A DNA stretch of 64,000 nt from Candidatus Iainarchaeum sp. (GCA_021161465.1 JAGHAM010000012.1:180-64179), one strand, 5' to 3'. Positions 54,390 to 63,906 are shown, counted from the first letter of the stretch. Made by a program: numbers and translations. Notes: generated from the sequence alone by a model not told the origin.

Positions 54390-55421
54390 CTACATCCTTA
54401 TTTTTCTCCTGTGCTTCGCATATTGACCGTAATTCAGGTATTCTCTCTTTTCAACATAACTTTTTACCGGGTGTTTGTTTTCCTTTTTCTTTATGACACG
54501 TATGGAGAATGAGTCACTTCCAGCCCCAGAGCCAAATGAGGTCATAAGAATCCTGTCACCTTCCTTTGCCTCATCCAGGACAGCAGCAAGGCCAAGGATA
54601 CTGGCTCCAGAGTATGTGTTACCTATCTCTGGGACGAGCAAACCGGGTGTTATTTTCTCCTTTGGAACTCCTAAAGTCTTAGCGGCCCTAAGCGGGAATT
54701 TTCCATTTGGCTGGTGAAGCACGACGTAATCGTAATCATCTATGGTGGTCCCTGTTTTTTCAAGTAGCATTCTGGTTGCGCTTAAGACATGCTTAAAGTA
54801 TGCAGGCTCACCTGTGAACCTTGCCCCATGTCTTGGGTATTCCTGCCCTGCTCTCCTCCAGAAGTCAGGGGTATCAGTGGTGAACGAGCAGGTTTCCTCT
54901 ATCTCTGCCATCACATTCTCACTGCCGATTATGTAAGCTGCCCCACCGGCCGCAGCTGTGTATTCCAGGGCATCACCTGGCCTACCTTGTGAGGTGTCAG
55001 CCCCTATTGCAAGACCGTATTTAATCATTCCACCCTTAACCATTCCAAGGCACGTTTGCATTGCGGCGGTTCCTGCCTTGCAGGCAAATTCATAATCTGC
55101 ACTTGTCAGGTTTGGTGTCGCGCCTATGGCTTCTGCAACGACAGTCCCCGTTGGTTTTACAGCGTATGGATGTGACTCAGAGCCAACGTAGATTGCATCT
55201 AACTCCTGTGGGTTTATCCCCGCCATCTCGATTGCATTCAAGGAAGCGCTTACTGCTATGGTTGCAGCATCCTCATCAACATCAGGAACACTCTTCTCCC
55301 GTATCAGCAGGCCTTTCTTGTAGTCCTCAGGATTTTTCCCCCAGATTTTAGCTATTTCCTCAACTTTTATTCTGTATCTTGGGACGTAAGCGCCATAACC
55401 AACTATACCAAAGTGCTTCAT
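54390..55421 (-). CDS. hydroxymethylglutaryl-CoA synthase (archaeal type)
   Basis: [13 protein letters not shown] start, [11 protein letters not shown] catalytic Cys block, [18 protein letters not shown]. Confidence 0.9.
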   Translation of the reverse strand: MKHFGIVGYGAYVPRYRIKVEEIAKIWGKNPEDYKKGLLIREKSVPDVDEDAATIAVSASLNAIEMAGINPQELDAIYVGSESHPYAVKPTGTVVAEAIGATPNLTSADYEFACKAGTAAMQTCLGMVKGGMIKYGLAIGADTSQGRPGDALEYTAAAGGAAYIIGSENVMAEIEETCSFTTDTPDFWRRAGQEYPRHGARFTGEPAYFKHVLSATRMLLEKTGTTIDDYDYVVLHQPNGKFPLRAAKTLGVPKEKITPGLLVPEIGNTYSGASILGLAAVLDEAKEGDRILMTSFGSGAGSDSFSIRVIKKKENKHPVKSYVEKREYLNYGQYAKHRRKIRM

Positions 55422-55504
55422 TTTATCAACCCTTTCACTCTAGTGCTTGAAGGAATGAGGTTTAATAAATCTTCTCACGACAATCGACTTAAAAACAACG
55501 CAGC

Positions 55505-56197
55505 TCACAGGTAGGTGTATCTCTTCAGCGCGTTTTTTATCTCTTCAATTGGCATGGTTGTTAATACTATTGGTACTTTCTCAACTTCCGAAATCTTCCT
55601 TGCAACCAGGTCATCCATCCTGTCCAGGCCCTGATACACTACGAGAGTTGGTTTAAATTTTGTAACACGTATTGCAACCATTGGGGACCTGCCCACACTG
55701 ACTCTTGTAAATATTACAGCCCTGTTGGGTGTCGGGCCGTAAATCTTCGAGAACTCATCCACAGGGAGCTCAAGTATTGCCTTAAGTGAGTCGACTATGG
55801 AGTAACCAAGCAGGTTTGTTTCCTTTAGCCTCCTTTTATTTGTTATAACTTTGCCCTTTATTCTCTCAACAAACTTAGTTGACGACAGTGGCTCTGGAAA
55901 CTCGTATGCCTCAAATATGTCTGCTGGTGGCTTCTCGCCCTCAATCCTCTTGGCTACTGTTCCTCCTCTCCTTTTGTCTATGTCCACTATTGCGTCTATA
56001 AATCTTCTTATTATGTTTATGCCCGGGCTTTTCCTTCTGTTGCCTTCGTAATCACTTATGGTTGAGGGAGTAATCTTCAGGTAGTCAGCCAGCTCTGTCT
56101 GGGTTATCCCAAATATTTCCCTCCATTTCTTCATGGCTGCTCCCGGGTTTTTTGCCAGTGTTATTTCCCCAGCAATTTTTTGCTTTATGAGTCGCAT
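55505..56197 (-). CDS. XRE-type HTH transcriptional regulator with a C-terminal domain (COG1395-like)
   Basis: HTH block MKKWREIFGITQTELADYLKITPSTISDYEGNRRKSPG. Confidence 0.7.
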   Translation of the reverse strand: MRLIKQKIAGEITLAKNPGAAMKKWREIFGITQTELADYLKITPSTISDYEGNRRKSPGINIIRRFIDAIVDIDKRRGGTVAKRIEGEKPPADIFEAYEFPEPLSSTKFVERIKGKVITNKRRLKETNLLGYSIVDSLKAILELPVDEFSKIYGPTPNRAVIFTRVSVGRSPMVAIRVTKFKPTLVVYQGLDRMDDLVARKISEVEKVPIVLTTMPIEEIKNALKRYTYL

Positions 56198-56256
56198 ATG
56201 CTTTTAATGGCCCGGGTTCTTTAAATATCTATCGAAATGACATTCGTCAATTGACT

Positions 56257-56709
56257 TTATTTAACTATTTTAACCATGAATGGCTCCATGGTTGAGTAGT
56301 TCCCGGTGCTGAAAATAAACGCGCCAGTTGCATCTCCAAGGGAGGCATTCCCACTGATTGTTATGTTGATAGATGTCTCCTTTGTCTTTCTTGGAAGGAT
56401 TTCCTTTACCAGTTGCCCAGAGCTCTTAAAGACCTCTGACTTTGCAAGTTCCATCCTTATGTTTTCTACTGGTTCATCACCAAGGTTGGTTATCAATATG
56501 TTTGATATTATCACCTGCCCGGGTGTCGCCTCTGACGGCACTGATACCTCTATATCAACTGGCTTTTGCTGGATAGGAGGCGGTGTTATTGGCTCCTGTA
56601 TAAACAGTGGAAGTAAACCTATGAAGAAGATTATAGCAACAAAGGCCATGACTATTATGCAGCTTATAGTTATGATATCAACAGCCATTTTCTTCGGTAT
56701 TTGAAGCAT
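56257..56709 (-). CDS. hypothetical membrane-anchored protein with a CARDB-like beta-sandwich
   Basis: N-terminal TM helix, then PGQVIISNILITNLGDEPVENIRMEL-type pattern. Confidence 0.35.
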   Translation of the reverse strand: MLQIPKKMAVDIITISCIIVMAFVAIIFFIGLLPLFIQEPITPPPIQQKPVDIEVSVPSEATPGQVIISNILITNLGDEPVENIRMELAKSEVFKSSGQLVKEILPRKTKETSINITISGNASLGDATGAFIFSTGNYSTMEPFMVKIVK

Positions 56710-56776
56710 TCCTTACCACCGATTAATTTAAATACCTAAGTCCCATTACAATAGTTTAGTATAAAAAGGTGCTGGG

Positions 56777-57433
56777 ATGCCTGAGAAGCCAAAGATACTT
56801 GAAGCGGTTTCCGAGATGATAGCCCAGGGGTTATCAGACGAGGAAATAATAGAAAACCTGAGGTCTGTTGGCCTTAGCGATGACCAGATAAAGAAAATAA
56901 TGGAAGCTGCCAACAAGGATGTTTATGCCAGGTTTAAAAGGGATATGGGCAAGTTCCTGGAAGAGCGGCTAAAGAAGAATGCTCCCATGATTGAGAAGAT
57001 AGTTGATGATTATCTTGAGAGGAAGAGGGACGATATCAAGAAGGACCTAAGCAGGGAGTCCCAGGAGATAGTTGGTGAGTTAGCTAAAGAAGTGAATGAA
57101 AAGACGCGGGACATGGAGCTAACTGTTAAGAAAATTAGGGAAGAGAACCTGCAGATGAGGAAGAGCCAGCAGCTTAACCGGTCAGATATAGACTTATTGC
57201 TTAAAGGACCGTTCAAGCTCAGGATGGCAATTTCTGTGACGTCTTTGCTTATTGCAATTATTGTTGTTGGCTTTGACATATTCTATATGCTCCCGGGCGT
57301 CTCAAGCAGGTTAGCGGCTTCGGATCTTACAGGTGCTGCAGTTGAGGCGATAATCGCCACAGCACTCATTGGCTTCTCCATATCTGCACTGGCTGTATGT
57401 GTTTATTTCAGCGGAAGACCAGGGAGAGGATGA
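56777..57433 (+). CDS. hypothetical coiled-coil protein with two C-terminal TM helices
   Basis: ORF with a K/E-rich helical N-terminal two-thirds and a hydrophobic C-terminus. No recognisable family. Confidence 0.35.
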   Translation: MPEKPKILEAVSEMIAQGLSDEEIIENLRSVGLSDDQIKKIMEAANKDVYARFKRDMGKFLEERLKKNAPMIEKIVDDYLERKRDDIKKDLSRESQEIVGELAKEVNEKTRDMELTVKKIREENLQMRKSQQLNRSDIDLLLKGPFKLRMAISVTSLLIAIIVVGFDIFYMLPGVSSRLAASDLTGAAVEAIIATALIGFSISALAVCVYFSGRPGRG

Positions 57434-58047
57434 TGGAGCTTGTAAGCGTTGCTGTTGATGGCGAAGACGACATACTCAAAAAGGCAGTGGAAACCTTAAA
57501 CATAGGCAAAGTTATAGTTTACCCAACTGATACTGTTTATGGTGTTGGAGCGGATGCAACCAGTGAGAAAGCCGTTGGACAGGTTTTTGAACTTAAGGGC
57601 AAGCCCAGTGGCGAGCCAATAAGCGTATTGGTCTCCGATTTCGCTATGCTTGAGGAATATGCGCGCCTGGACACCAAACAGCTGGATTTGGCACGTGAGT
57701 TGCTACCAGGCAGGGTTACTGTGGTTCTTGATGCCAAAGGCCTTGCTAAGAACCTTTCCATGGATGGCTCAATAGGATTCCGGATTCCAGTGAGCCCCTT
57801 TTGCATAAGTTTGGTTGAGGAGTTTGGAAAGCCAATCACAACCACAAGCGCGAACCCTTCAGGCAAGAGCCCCGCCTCTTCTATTGAGGTAGCAGTAAGG
57901 TACTTCGGCGACAGGGTAGCACTCTACATAGACTATGGAGAGCAGCTTTTCTCGCCCTCGACCGTGGTTGACCTGCGTGAAAAACCAAAAATACTGCGCG
58001 AAGGCTCTGATATCGGCAGGGTAAAACAGGTCTTAGGTTCACTCTAG
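57430..58047 (+). CDS. tsaC: L-threonylcarbamoyladenylate synthase (YrdC/Sua5 domain only)
   Basis: VIVYPTDTVYGVGADATSEKAV, GKPSGEPISVLV, TTTSANPSGK blocks. ATG overlaps the upstream stop (ATGATG). Confidence 0.85.
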   Translation: MMELVSVAVDGEDDILKKAVETLNIGKVIVYPTDTVYGVGADATSEKAVGQVFELKGKPSGEPISVLVSDFAMLEEYARLDTKQLDLARELLPGRVTVVLDAKGLAKNLSMDGSIGFRIPVSPFCISLVEEFGKPITTTSANPSGKSPASSIEVAVRYFGDRVALYIDYGEQLFSPSTVVDLREKPKILREGSDIGRVKQVLGSL

Positions 58048-59259
58048 AAACCACTCGTGTGCTGGTTTAATTGTTATACCTTCTATTTCTGCTCTCGCGG
58101 ACCTAGAGAGAAGCACTCCAGAGCCAGCCCCAAACTTTTTCATAAATACTCTCAACGGTTTTAGGTCTTTCTTTGAGATTTCCTTCTTAAACTTGACTTC
58201 CACAGGTAGGGGTTTTTCTTCTTTTATCACAAAGTCAACCTCCTTGCCTGTTGATGTTCTCCAAAAAAATTTAATTCTAGGGTCAAGTGCAACTGAGTTT
58301 TCAACATTTTTTGGAATACTCTGCGTGGTCCCAAGTAATGAGAAACAGGGGGCCGCAGGATATGCTTTTTTCAACTTCCTTTCAGATGCTATGAAACTCC
58401 CTGAGTAATTGTATACCTTCTTTATCATATTGGAGTAAGACAGATACCGTACATATCTTTCAACAGTTCGTTCGTTTAGAGAGAAGCTTTTAGCTATGCT
58501 CTTGTATTCCAGAAGCATTCCCGGGTTCTCTACTATTGCCATAAATATCGTTCTGAGCTTTTCGGGGTTGTCTATTGCAAATAATGTTGGTATATCTCCA
58601 AGAATCACCTTATTAACTATACTTTCTAGGTACAGGCGGCTGAATTCATCATCTTCATTGACTATCTCTATGAAATTTCTCTTAAGGTAGTAAAGGAATT
58701 CAGATTCCAATTCTGAAGGGAACATTTTTGGATTTTTGGTCAAGTGCTCTTTATCTCTAAACTCAAGGAATTCCTTGAAAGATAATATTGGAAGCTCAAG
58801 TGTTATTATCCTACCAGCTAGTGATTCCTTTGATTCCCTTATAAACAGTGATTGGGAACCAGAAACCACAAATTTTAGGTTAGGGTATGTATCATAGTAT
58901 ATCTTTATCTGGGTTGCCCATTCTCTGAGTTTTTGGATTTCGTCAAGGAATAGATAAACTCTATCCTTTCCCAGGTCTACACCTGTTGTTCCTAAGTATT
59001 CTGTGATTACTTCTTCAAGACTATTCACGGATTCGTCGAATGTGAAGTACAGTACGTTCCTCCTTGGGACTCCTTTGTCAATTAGGTGGTCCATGAGTTG
59101 CTGCATGAGGACTGTTTTTCCAGTTCTCCTCAAACCAACAATCCCAACTATAGGCCGTTTTTCAAGAAATTTGACAAGTCTCTGGAATAATACTCTTTTC
59201 TTTTCATATCCATATTTGAATCCTGGTTTCCAGTGCTTATTTATGATGTCAAGTTTCAT
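58039..59259 (-). CDS. COG1373-type AAA+ ATPase (second copy in the window)
   Basis: P-loop GLRRTGKTV, Walker B YLFLDEIQ, C-terminal EVDFVIKEEKPLPVEVKF block. AT-rich. Its 3' end overlaps tsaC by 9 nt. Confidence 0.75.
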   Translation of the reverse strand: MKLDIINKHWKPGFKYGYEKKRVLFQRLVKFLEKRPIVGIVGLRRTGKTVLMQQLMDHLIDKGVPRRNVLYFTFDESVNSLEEVITEYLGTTGVDLGKDRVYLFLDEIQKLREWATQIKIYYDTYPNLKFVVSGSQSLFIRESKESLAGRIITLELPILSFKEFLEFRDKEHLTKNPKMFPSELESEFLYYLKRNFIEIVNEDDEFSRLYLESIVNKVILGDIPTLFAIDNPEKLRTIFMAIVENPGMLLEYKSIAKSFSLNERTVERYVRYLSYSNMIKKVYNYSGSFIASERKLKKAYPAAPCFSLLGTTQSIPKNVENSVALDPRIKFFWRTSTGKEVDFVIKEEKPLPVEVKFKKEISKKDLKPLRVFMKKFGAGSGVLLSRSARAEIEGITIKPAHEWFLE

Positions 59260-59458
59260 GAATCTTATGTGTTCTTTCTTATTTTTAAATTTAACTACAC
59301 TACAATGTCATTATTACCATAAAATAATGATATTATGTTATCATTAGTACAGAATTCAACCCCCCATATTCGTTATGAGGGTTCCCAACTTTTAGTTTAG
59401 GCACGAAAACTCAAAAATTTTCCTTCGGAACCTTGCACTAAATTTTTGCCCTTCGGGA

Positions 59459-59549
59459 ATATAACAGCGATTAAGAGGTTTCGCTCGGTTGCACCTTGCT
59501 CCACCCCAATCCTGCTATGCAGGACTTCGTTAAATCGCAAACGTTAAAT
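59459..59549 (+). repeat. attC-like folded repeat 1
   Basis: 5' ATATAAC ... 3' GTTAAAT. Inner arms GCGATT-AA-GA / TC-TT-AATCGC with single-nt bulges. Central hairpin TCCTGC-TAT-GCAGGA. Confidence 0.5.
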
Positions 59550-59608
59550 GAAATAAATTTTCAAAAATTAATGATACTTTTATTAACCTTCACTGCTAAT
59601 TTGTGATT

Positions 59609-59965
59609 ATGAAACCACAAATTAAAGCAATTTATATTGCAGTTCAGGATATGGATAGAGCGGTAAAATTCTATGAAGACATTTTTGATGTCAAAGTTTC
59701 TTCAAAAGATGAAAGAATGAGTTCATTTGAGTTTGAGAACATTACCTTCCTTCTTTATAATCCTAAAATTGATAATGAGACAATTTCCAGTGGCAATAAT
59801 GTTGTTCCAAATATCCAAGTTCAAGATATTAATAAAATGTTGGAATTAATTAAAAGTAAAAATTGTGAAATTGTCTTGCCATTGGAAAAGATTGGGAAAT
59901 ATCATCTTTTTCAAGCAAAAGATACGGAAGGTAATGTTATAGAATTTTACCAGATTCTAGAATAA
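59609..59965 (+). CDS. VOC (glyoxalase/bleomycin-resistance/dioxygenase) family protein
   Basis: IKAIYIAVQDMDRAVKFYEDIFDVKV start and ..FQAKDTEGNVIEFYQ end typical of VOC proteins. Very AT-rich. Confidence 0.6.
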   Translation: MKPQIKAIYIAVQDMDRAVKFYEDIFDVKVSSKDERMSSFEFENITFLLYNPKIDNETISSGNNVVPNIQVQDINKMLELIKSKNCEIVLPLEKIGKYHLFQAKDTEGNVIEFYQILE

Positions 59966-60130
59966 TTTTTGAAAATTTACTCTGTGACTATAAGGTTAAA
60001 TGGTTTCCTTTCGGAAGAATTGTTGGAAGTTGTGAAGGGATGTACTTTGTAACATTTTGGGGTCAAATACTTCCATGAATTATTGGCGGCGGAACTCTTC
60101 GCCTGCTCTCGCAGACTTGCCCTTCGGGTC

Positions 60131-60215
60131 TGCTAACAGGCGGATATGTAGCTCGCTTACGCTCGCCCAAATTTACCCTAATGGGCAAACTTCACATATC
60201 CCCAAAACGTTAAGC
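60131..60215 (+). repeat. attC-like folded repeat 2
   Basis: 5' TGCTAAC ... 3' GTTAAGC. Inner arms GG(C)GGATATGT / ACATATCCCC with a bulged C. Shares the TCGCT.ACGCTC.GCCCAAATT core with repeat 3. Confidence 0.55.
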
Positions 60216-60269
60216 AACATACTACTCTGCGATTTTGCTGAGAAATAGATTTAAAGGATGGGATAGAAT

Positions 60270-60647
60270 ATGAATATGATGAATAAAGCAGCGATTAAAG
60301 AATTTTTGAAACCAGATTGGAAAAAGATCGTTTTAACTGTATTTCTATTATGGCTTCCTTTTTGTGAGGAGCAAATACCTTTTGGAGGTCATCCAACTTT
60401 AGTCTGGTATCGTGTCGTTGATAGACTCTTCGGGTTTTTAGCAAAACCTTTATGTTCTATGTTTTATCCCACTGATACTTATTGTTATTTATACTCCGCA
60501 GGACCTATTCAAATTTTCCAATCACAAATCCCACAATATCACTTATTATTACTCCTAACCTTAATTGTAGTTGAAATTATTAGTGTTTATTTATTCACCT
60601 GCTTAATAATCTTCACTTATGACAAATTCAGAGCTAAAAAACAATAA
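60270..60647 (+). CDS. hypothetical integral membrane protein
   Basis: 125-aa AT-rich ORF with 3 predicted TM segments. No recognisable family. Confidence 0.4.
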   Translation: MNMMNKAAIKEFLKPDWKKIVLTVFLLWLPFCEEQIPFGGHPTLVWYRVVDRLFGFLAKPLCSMFYPTDTYCYLYSAGPIQIFQSQIPQYHLLLLLTLIVVEIISVYLFTCLIIFTYDKFRAKKQ

Positions 60648-60674
60648 TCGCAAAATCGCCTGCGTCATACGATC

Positions 60675-60787
60675 GTCTAACAGCGGATAAAAGGCTTCGC
60701 TACGCTCCGCCCAAATTGCCTTCCTGTCTGCCGTGCTGGGCACGGCACAGGCAGGCGGCAACTTCTTTTATCCCCAAAACGTTATAC
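60675..60787 (+). repeat. attC-like folded repeat 3
   Basis: 5' GTCTAAC (fits RYYYAAC) ... 3' GTTATAC. Inner arms G(C)GGATAAAAG / CTTTTATCCC with the same bulged C. Long GC-rich central hairpin. Confidence 0.55.
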
Positions 60788-61016
60788 CAACTATAAGTTA
60801 ACAGAACCAAGATACCATAGATTTTTATATCTTAAGGGTCAAAGATAAAAAATGGGATTTGTTCTTATGGGTAATGACGTAGGCTTCGATGTGTTTCCTA
60901 CTTCTTGTTGTTAGAGTTTTTTATGCACATTTAAACGAGTTTTTGAGGTCTTAGTATGAAAGAGGTGAAATTTATGGATAAAAACTTAAGGGGCGATTAT
61001 CGGTGCCCTTGGCGTA

Positions 61017-61877
61017 TTGGATACAATTGGTAATACGCCACTTGTTAGGATAGGAAAAATCTATGCAAAGCTTGAAACAGTCAATCCAACAGGAAGTATA
61101 AAAGACAGGATAGCCCTGTACATGACGAGAAAGGCTGAGGAAAGGAACGAGCTGAAACCTGGAGGTAAAATAATAGAGGCGACGAGCGGGAACACAGGTA
61201 TTTCGTTTGCTATGGTTTCAGCTATGACAGGTTACAAATTCACAGCAGTGATGCCAGAGTCTATGAGTGTGGAGAGAATTAAGATAATGAAAGCTTTTGG
61301 GGCTAGTGTTTTCTTAACACCAGCCAGTGAGAATATGGGAGGAGCAGTTAAAAAATATGAAGAAATAGCTAAAAGTAATCCAGATGCATGGCTACCAAGA
61401 CAATTTGAGAATCCGGATAACATAATGGCTCACAAAGAGGGTCTTGGGAGTGAGATTTTAGAACAGATGCAAGGTAACGCAGGTGTCTTTGTTGCTGGAA
61501 TTGGAACTGGTGGAACCCTCATAGGAGTTGCGAAAGCTTTGGAGGAAGCTGGCGTGAACGCTAAAATAGTTGGCATTGAACCTGCCGAGTCACCCATACT
61601 TTCAAAAGGATACAGTGGCTTTCACGGGATACAAGGAATTGGTGAAGGCTTCATACCAAAGCTGGTTGAAGACAACTTAGATTTGATAGATGAAGTCATA
61701 ACAGTAAGAACAAAGGATGCTATCAGGATGACCAGAAGACTTATTAGGACTTATGGACTATTGGTTGGAATAAGCTCTGGGGCTAATGTGTTAGTATCAA
61801 TGGAGATGGCAAGGCGATTTAAGAATGTTGTTACGGTACTGCCAGATAGGGGAGAAAGATACCTTAGTTTGTGGTGA
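61017..61877 (+). CDS. cysK: cysteine synthase / O-acetylserine sulfhydrylase family PLP enzyme
   Basis: IGNTPLVRI, PLP-lysine block NPTGSIKDR, SGNTGISFA, GIGTGGT motifs. Only a TTG start is available in frame. Confidence 0.85.
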   Translation: MDTIGNTPLVRIGKIYAKLETVNPTGSIKDRIALYMTRKAEERNELKPGGKIIEATSGNTGISFAMVSAMTGYKFTAVMPESMSVERIKIMKAFGASVFLTPASENMGGAVKKYEEIAKSNPDAWLPRQFENPDNIMAHKEGLGSEILEQMQGNAGVFVAGIGTGGTLIGVAKALEEAGVNAKIVGIEPAESPILSKGYSGFHGIQGIGEGFIPKLVEDNLDLIDEVITVRTKDAIRMTRRLIRTYGLLVGISSGANVLVSMEMARRFKNVVTVLPDRGERYLSLW

Positions 61878-61919
61878 ATTCTAAAACCCTTTTATTTTTC
61901 AACTGTTATAATCTAACCA

Positions 61920-62450
61920 ATGGTTTACGAGCCGAGAGAAGATTCATATCTGCTTGCAGAAGAGGTTAAAAGGCGCGCCTGGGGTAAAGTCCTTGATATG
62001 GGTACGGGTAGTGGTGTCCAGGCACTTGCAGCAGAGAAAAGCCCGCGAGTGACTGATATCCTGGCAGCAGACGTTGATGAGGAGGCCGTTAACTTTGTCA
62101 GTTCAATGCGGATTAACGCCGTGCAAAGCAACTTATTTGAGAATATAGAAGGCAGATTTGATTTTATAATATTCAACCCACCATATCTGCCAAACCACCC
62201 AATGGATGATGTGGTGGCAATAGATGGGGGCCCAACTGGTAGGGAAGTTCTTGATAAGTTTCTGGATGAGTGCAAGGAATACCTTTCAGAGCAGGGGGAG
62301 ATAATCTTTGTCCAGAGTACCATAACTGGTATAGAACAAACCAAGAAAAAGCTGGATGAACTTGGCTTTGATTATGAGATAGCAGCAAAGCAGAAAATCC
62401 CTTGGGAGGAGCTTGTTGTTTTCCACTGTCGCCTAAAGCCAGAGTTATAG
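61920..62450 (+). CDS. HemK/Mtq2-like N5-glutamine (release factor) methyltransferase
   Basis: VYEPREDSYLL start, SAM motif VLDMGTGSG, catalytic IFNPPYLP. Confidence 0.65.
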   Translation: MVYEPREDSYLLAEEVKRRAWGKVLDMGTGSGVQALAAEKSPRVTDILAADVDEEAVNFVSSMRINAVQSNLFENIEGRFDFIIFNPPYLPNHPMDDVVAIDGGPTGREVLDKFLDECKEYLSEQGEIIFVQSTITGIEQTKKKLDELGFDYEIAAKQKIPWEELVVFHCRLKPEL

Positions 62451-62484
62451 GAAGGCATATATTAGCCCCCTTTCAATATATTCT

Positions 62485-62718
62485 ATGGGTGTCTTTATGA
62501 AAAAAGATGTTATTGAGAAAGTTGCTTCATTGTTGACAGCTGCCTTTGGACTTATTGCAGCACTTGCCTGGAACGATGCGATAAAGTCTTTGTTTGCAGA
62601 GGGTGGGCCATTGTACTCCATGGCAGGCTATGGTCCATGGGTGTATGCAATTTTAGTCACGATAATAGCAGTTGCTGTCGCAGTGTGGATTGGCAGAGTT
62701 GCTGCTAACACCAAATGA
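62485..62718 (+). CDS. small two-TM membrane protein (DUF5654-like)
   Basis: LLTAAFGLIAALAWNDAIKSLF block and a second TM helix. Assignment is from memory of the family consensus. Confidence 0.35.
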   Translation: MGVFMKKDVIEKVASLLTAAFGLIAALAWNDAIKSLFAEGGPLYSMAGYGPWVYAILVTIIAVAVAVWIGRVAANTK

Positions 62719-62841
62719 ATAACATTATTTTTTGCTTGTCTAGTAGATGAGTTAATAGCAACACAATGAAGTTCCTAATGCCTATGACCCAGGGCGATTT
62801 ATCTATGGTGGTAGGTTAATAGTGGTGCAAGCGGTGTTTGC

Positions 62842-63906
62842 GTGGTAACTGAGGATAAGATACGTCAGCTGGAGGAGGAAATAAAGAAAACCCAGTACAA
62901 TAAGGCTACTGAGAAACACATAGGCTTGCTAAAAGCCAGGATTGCAAGGCTTAAAGAGCGGCTGGAGAAGAAACAAGGCGGTGGTGGGGGAAAGCAGTTT
63001 GCAGTTAAGAAGGCAGGAGATGCAACTGTTGTCATGCTTGGCTTCCCATCTGTTGGCAAGAGTACACTCCTGAACCAGCTTACAAGTGCCGAGTCTGATG
63101 TTGGTGAATATGAGTTTACAACGATAGGTGTTATTCCCGGCATGATGAAGTATAAGGGCGCAAGAATACAGCTACTGGATGTTCCTGGTATAATAGAGGG
63201 TGCATCCAGGGGGAAGGGCCATGGGAAGCAGGTTCTCAGTGTTGTTAGGAATGCTGATTTGCTTTTGGTTCTGATAGATGGACCCGGACAGTTTGACAAG
63301 ATTATCAGTGAGCTTCACAAGGCAGGTGTTAGGGTTAACCAAAGGCCACCGGATGTTAAGCTATCTAGGAAACGCCAGGGCGGTATAAAACTTAGTTTTA
63401 CCTACCCTGTTGATGAGGAAACTCACAACTTCTACAAGAAGCTCGTGCTTGAGTATGGCATATGCAATGCAGAGCTGACCATACGTGAGAGGATAACGCC
63501 AGACCAGCTTATAGATGTCCTTACCAAGAACCGAAGGTATCTGCCAGCGCTGGTGGTTTTAAACAAGTCTGACGTGAGCAGCTATAATGGAAAAGAGATT
63601 GAGCTGAAAATATCAGCTAAAGAGGGCAGAAACCTGGATGAGCTTAAGGAGCGCATTTTCATGAAGCTTGGGCTAACCCGCATATTTATGAAAAAAGTTG
63701 GGGCAGAGCCTGATATGGAGGAGCCCATGATACTCAGGGGGAATCCAACAGTCCGTGACTTATGCAAGAAGCTCCACAAGGATTTTCTGCGAAATTTTAT
63801 GTTCGCTAAAGTTTGGGGTCCAAGTGCGAGGTTTGAAAGCCAGCGTGTTGGGCTGGAGCACAAGCTAAAAGATAAGGACATAGTTGAAATCCACGTCAAG
63901 CGTTGA
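62842..63906 (+). CDS. developmentally regulated GTP-binding protein (DRG/Rbg-type OBG GTPase with TGS domain)
   Basis: G1 GFPSVGKSTLLN, G3 DVPGIIEGAS, G4 NKSD, C-terminal TGS-like block. GTG start. Confidence 0.9.
   Translation: MVTEDKIRQLEEEIKKTQYNKATEKHIGLLKARIARLKERLEKKQGGGGGKQFAVKKAGDATVVMLGFPSVGKSTLLNQLTSAESDVGEYEFTTIGVIPGMMKYKGARIQLLDVPGIIEGASRGKGHGKQVLSVVRNADLLLVLIDGPGQFDKIISELHKAGVRVNQRPPDVKLSRKRQGGIKLSFTYPVDEETHNFYKKLVLEYGICNAELTIRERITPDQLIDVLTKNRRYLPALVVLNKSDVSSYNGKEIELKISAKEGRNLDELKERIFMKLGLTRIFMKKVGAEPDMEEPMILRGNPTVRDLCKKLHKDFLRNFMFAKVWGPSARFESQRVGLEHKLKDKDIVEIHVKR

Noticed and set aside
60057-60248. 63-aa ORF
   Set aside because: It lies entirely on the attC-like repeat 2 and its upstream hairpin. 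A homologous reading frame is not preserved in repeats 1 and 3.
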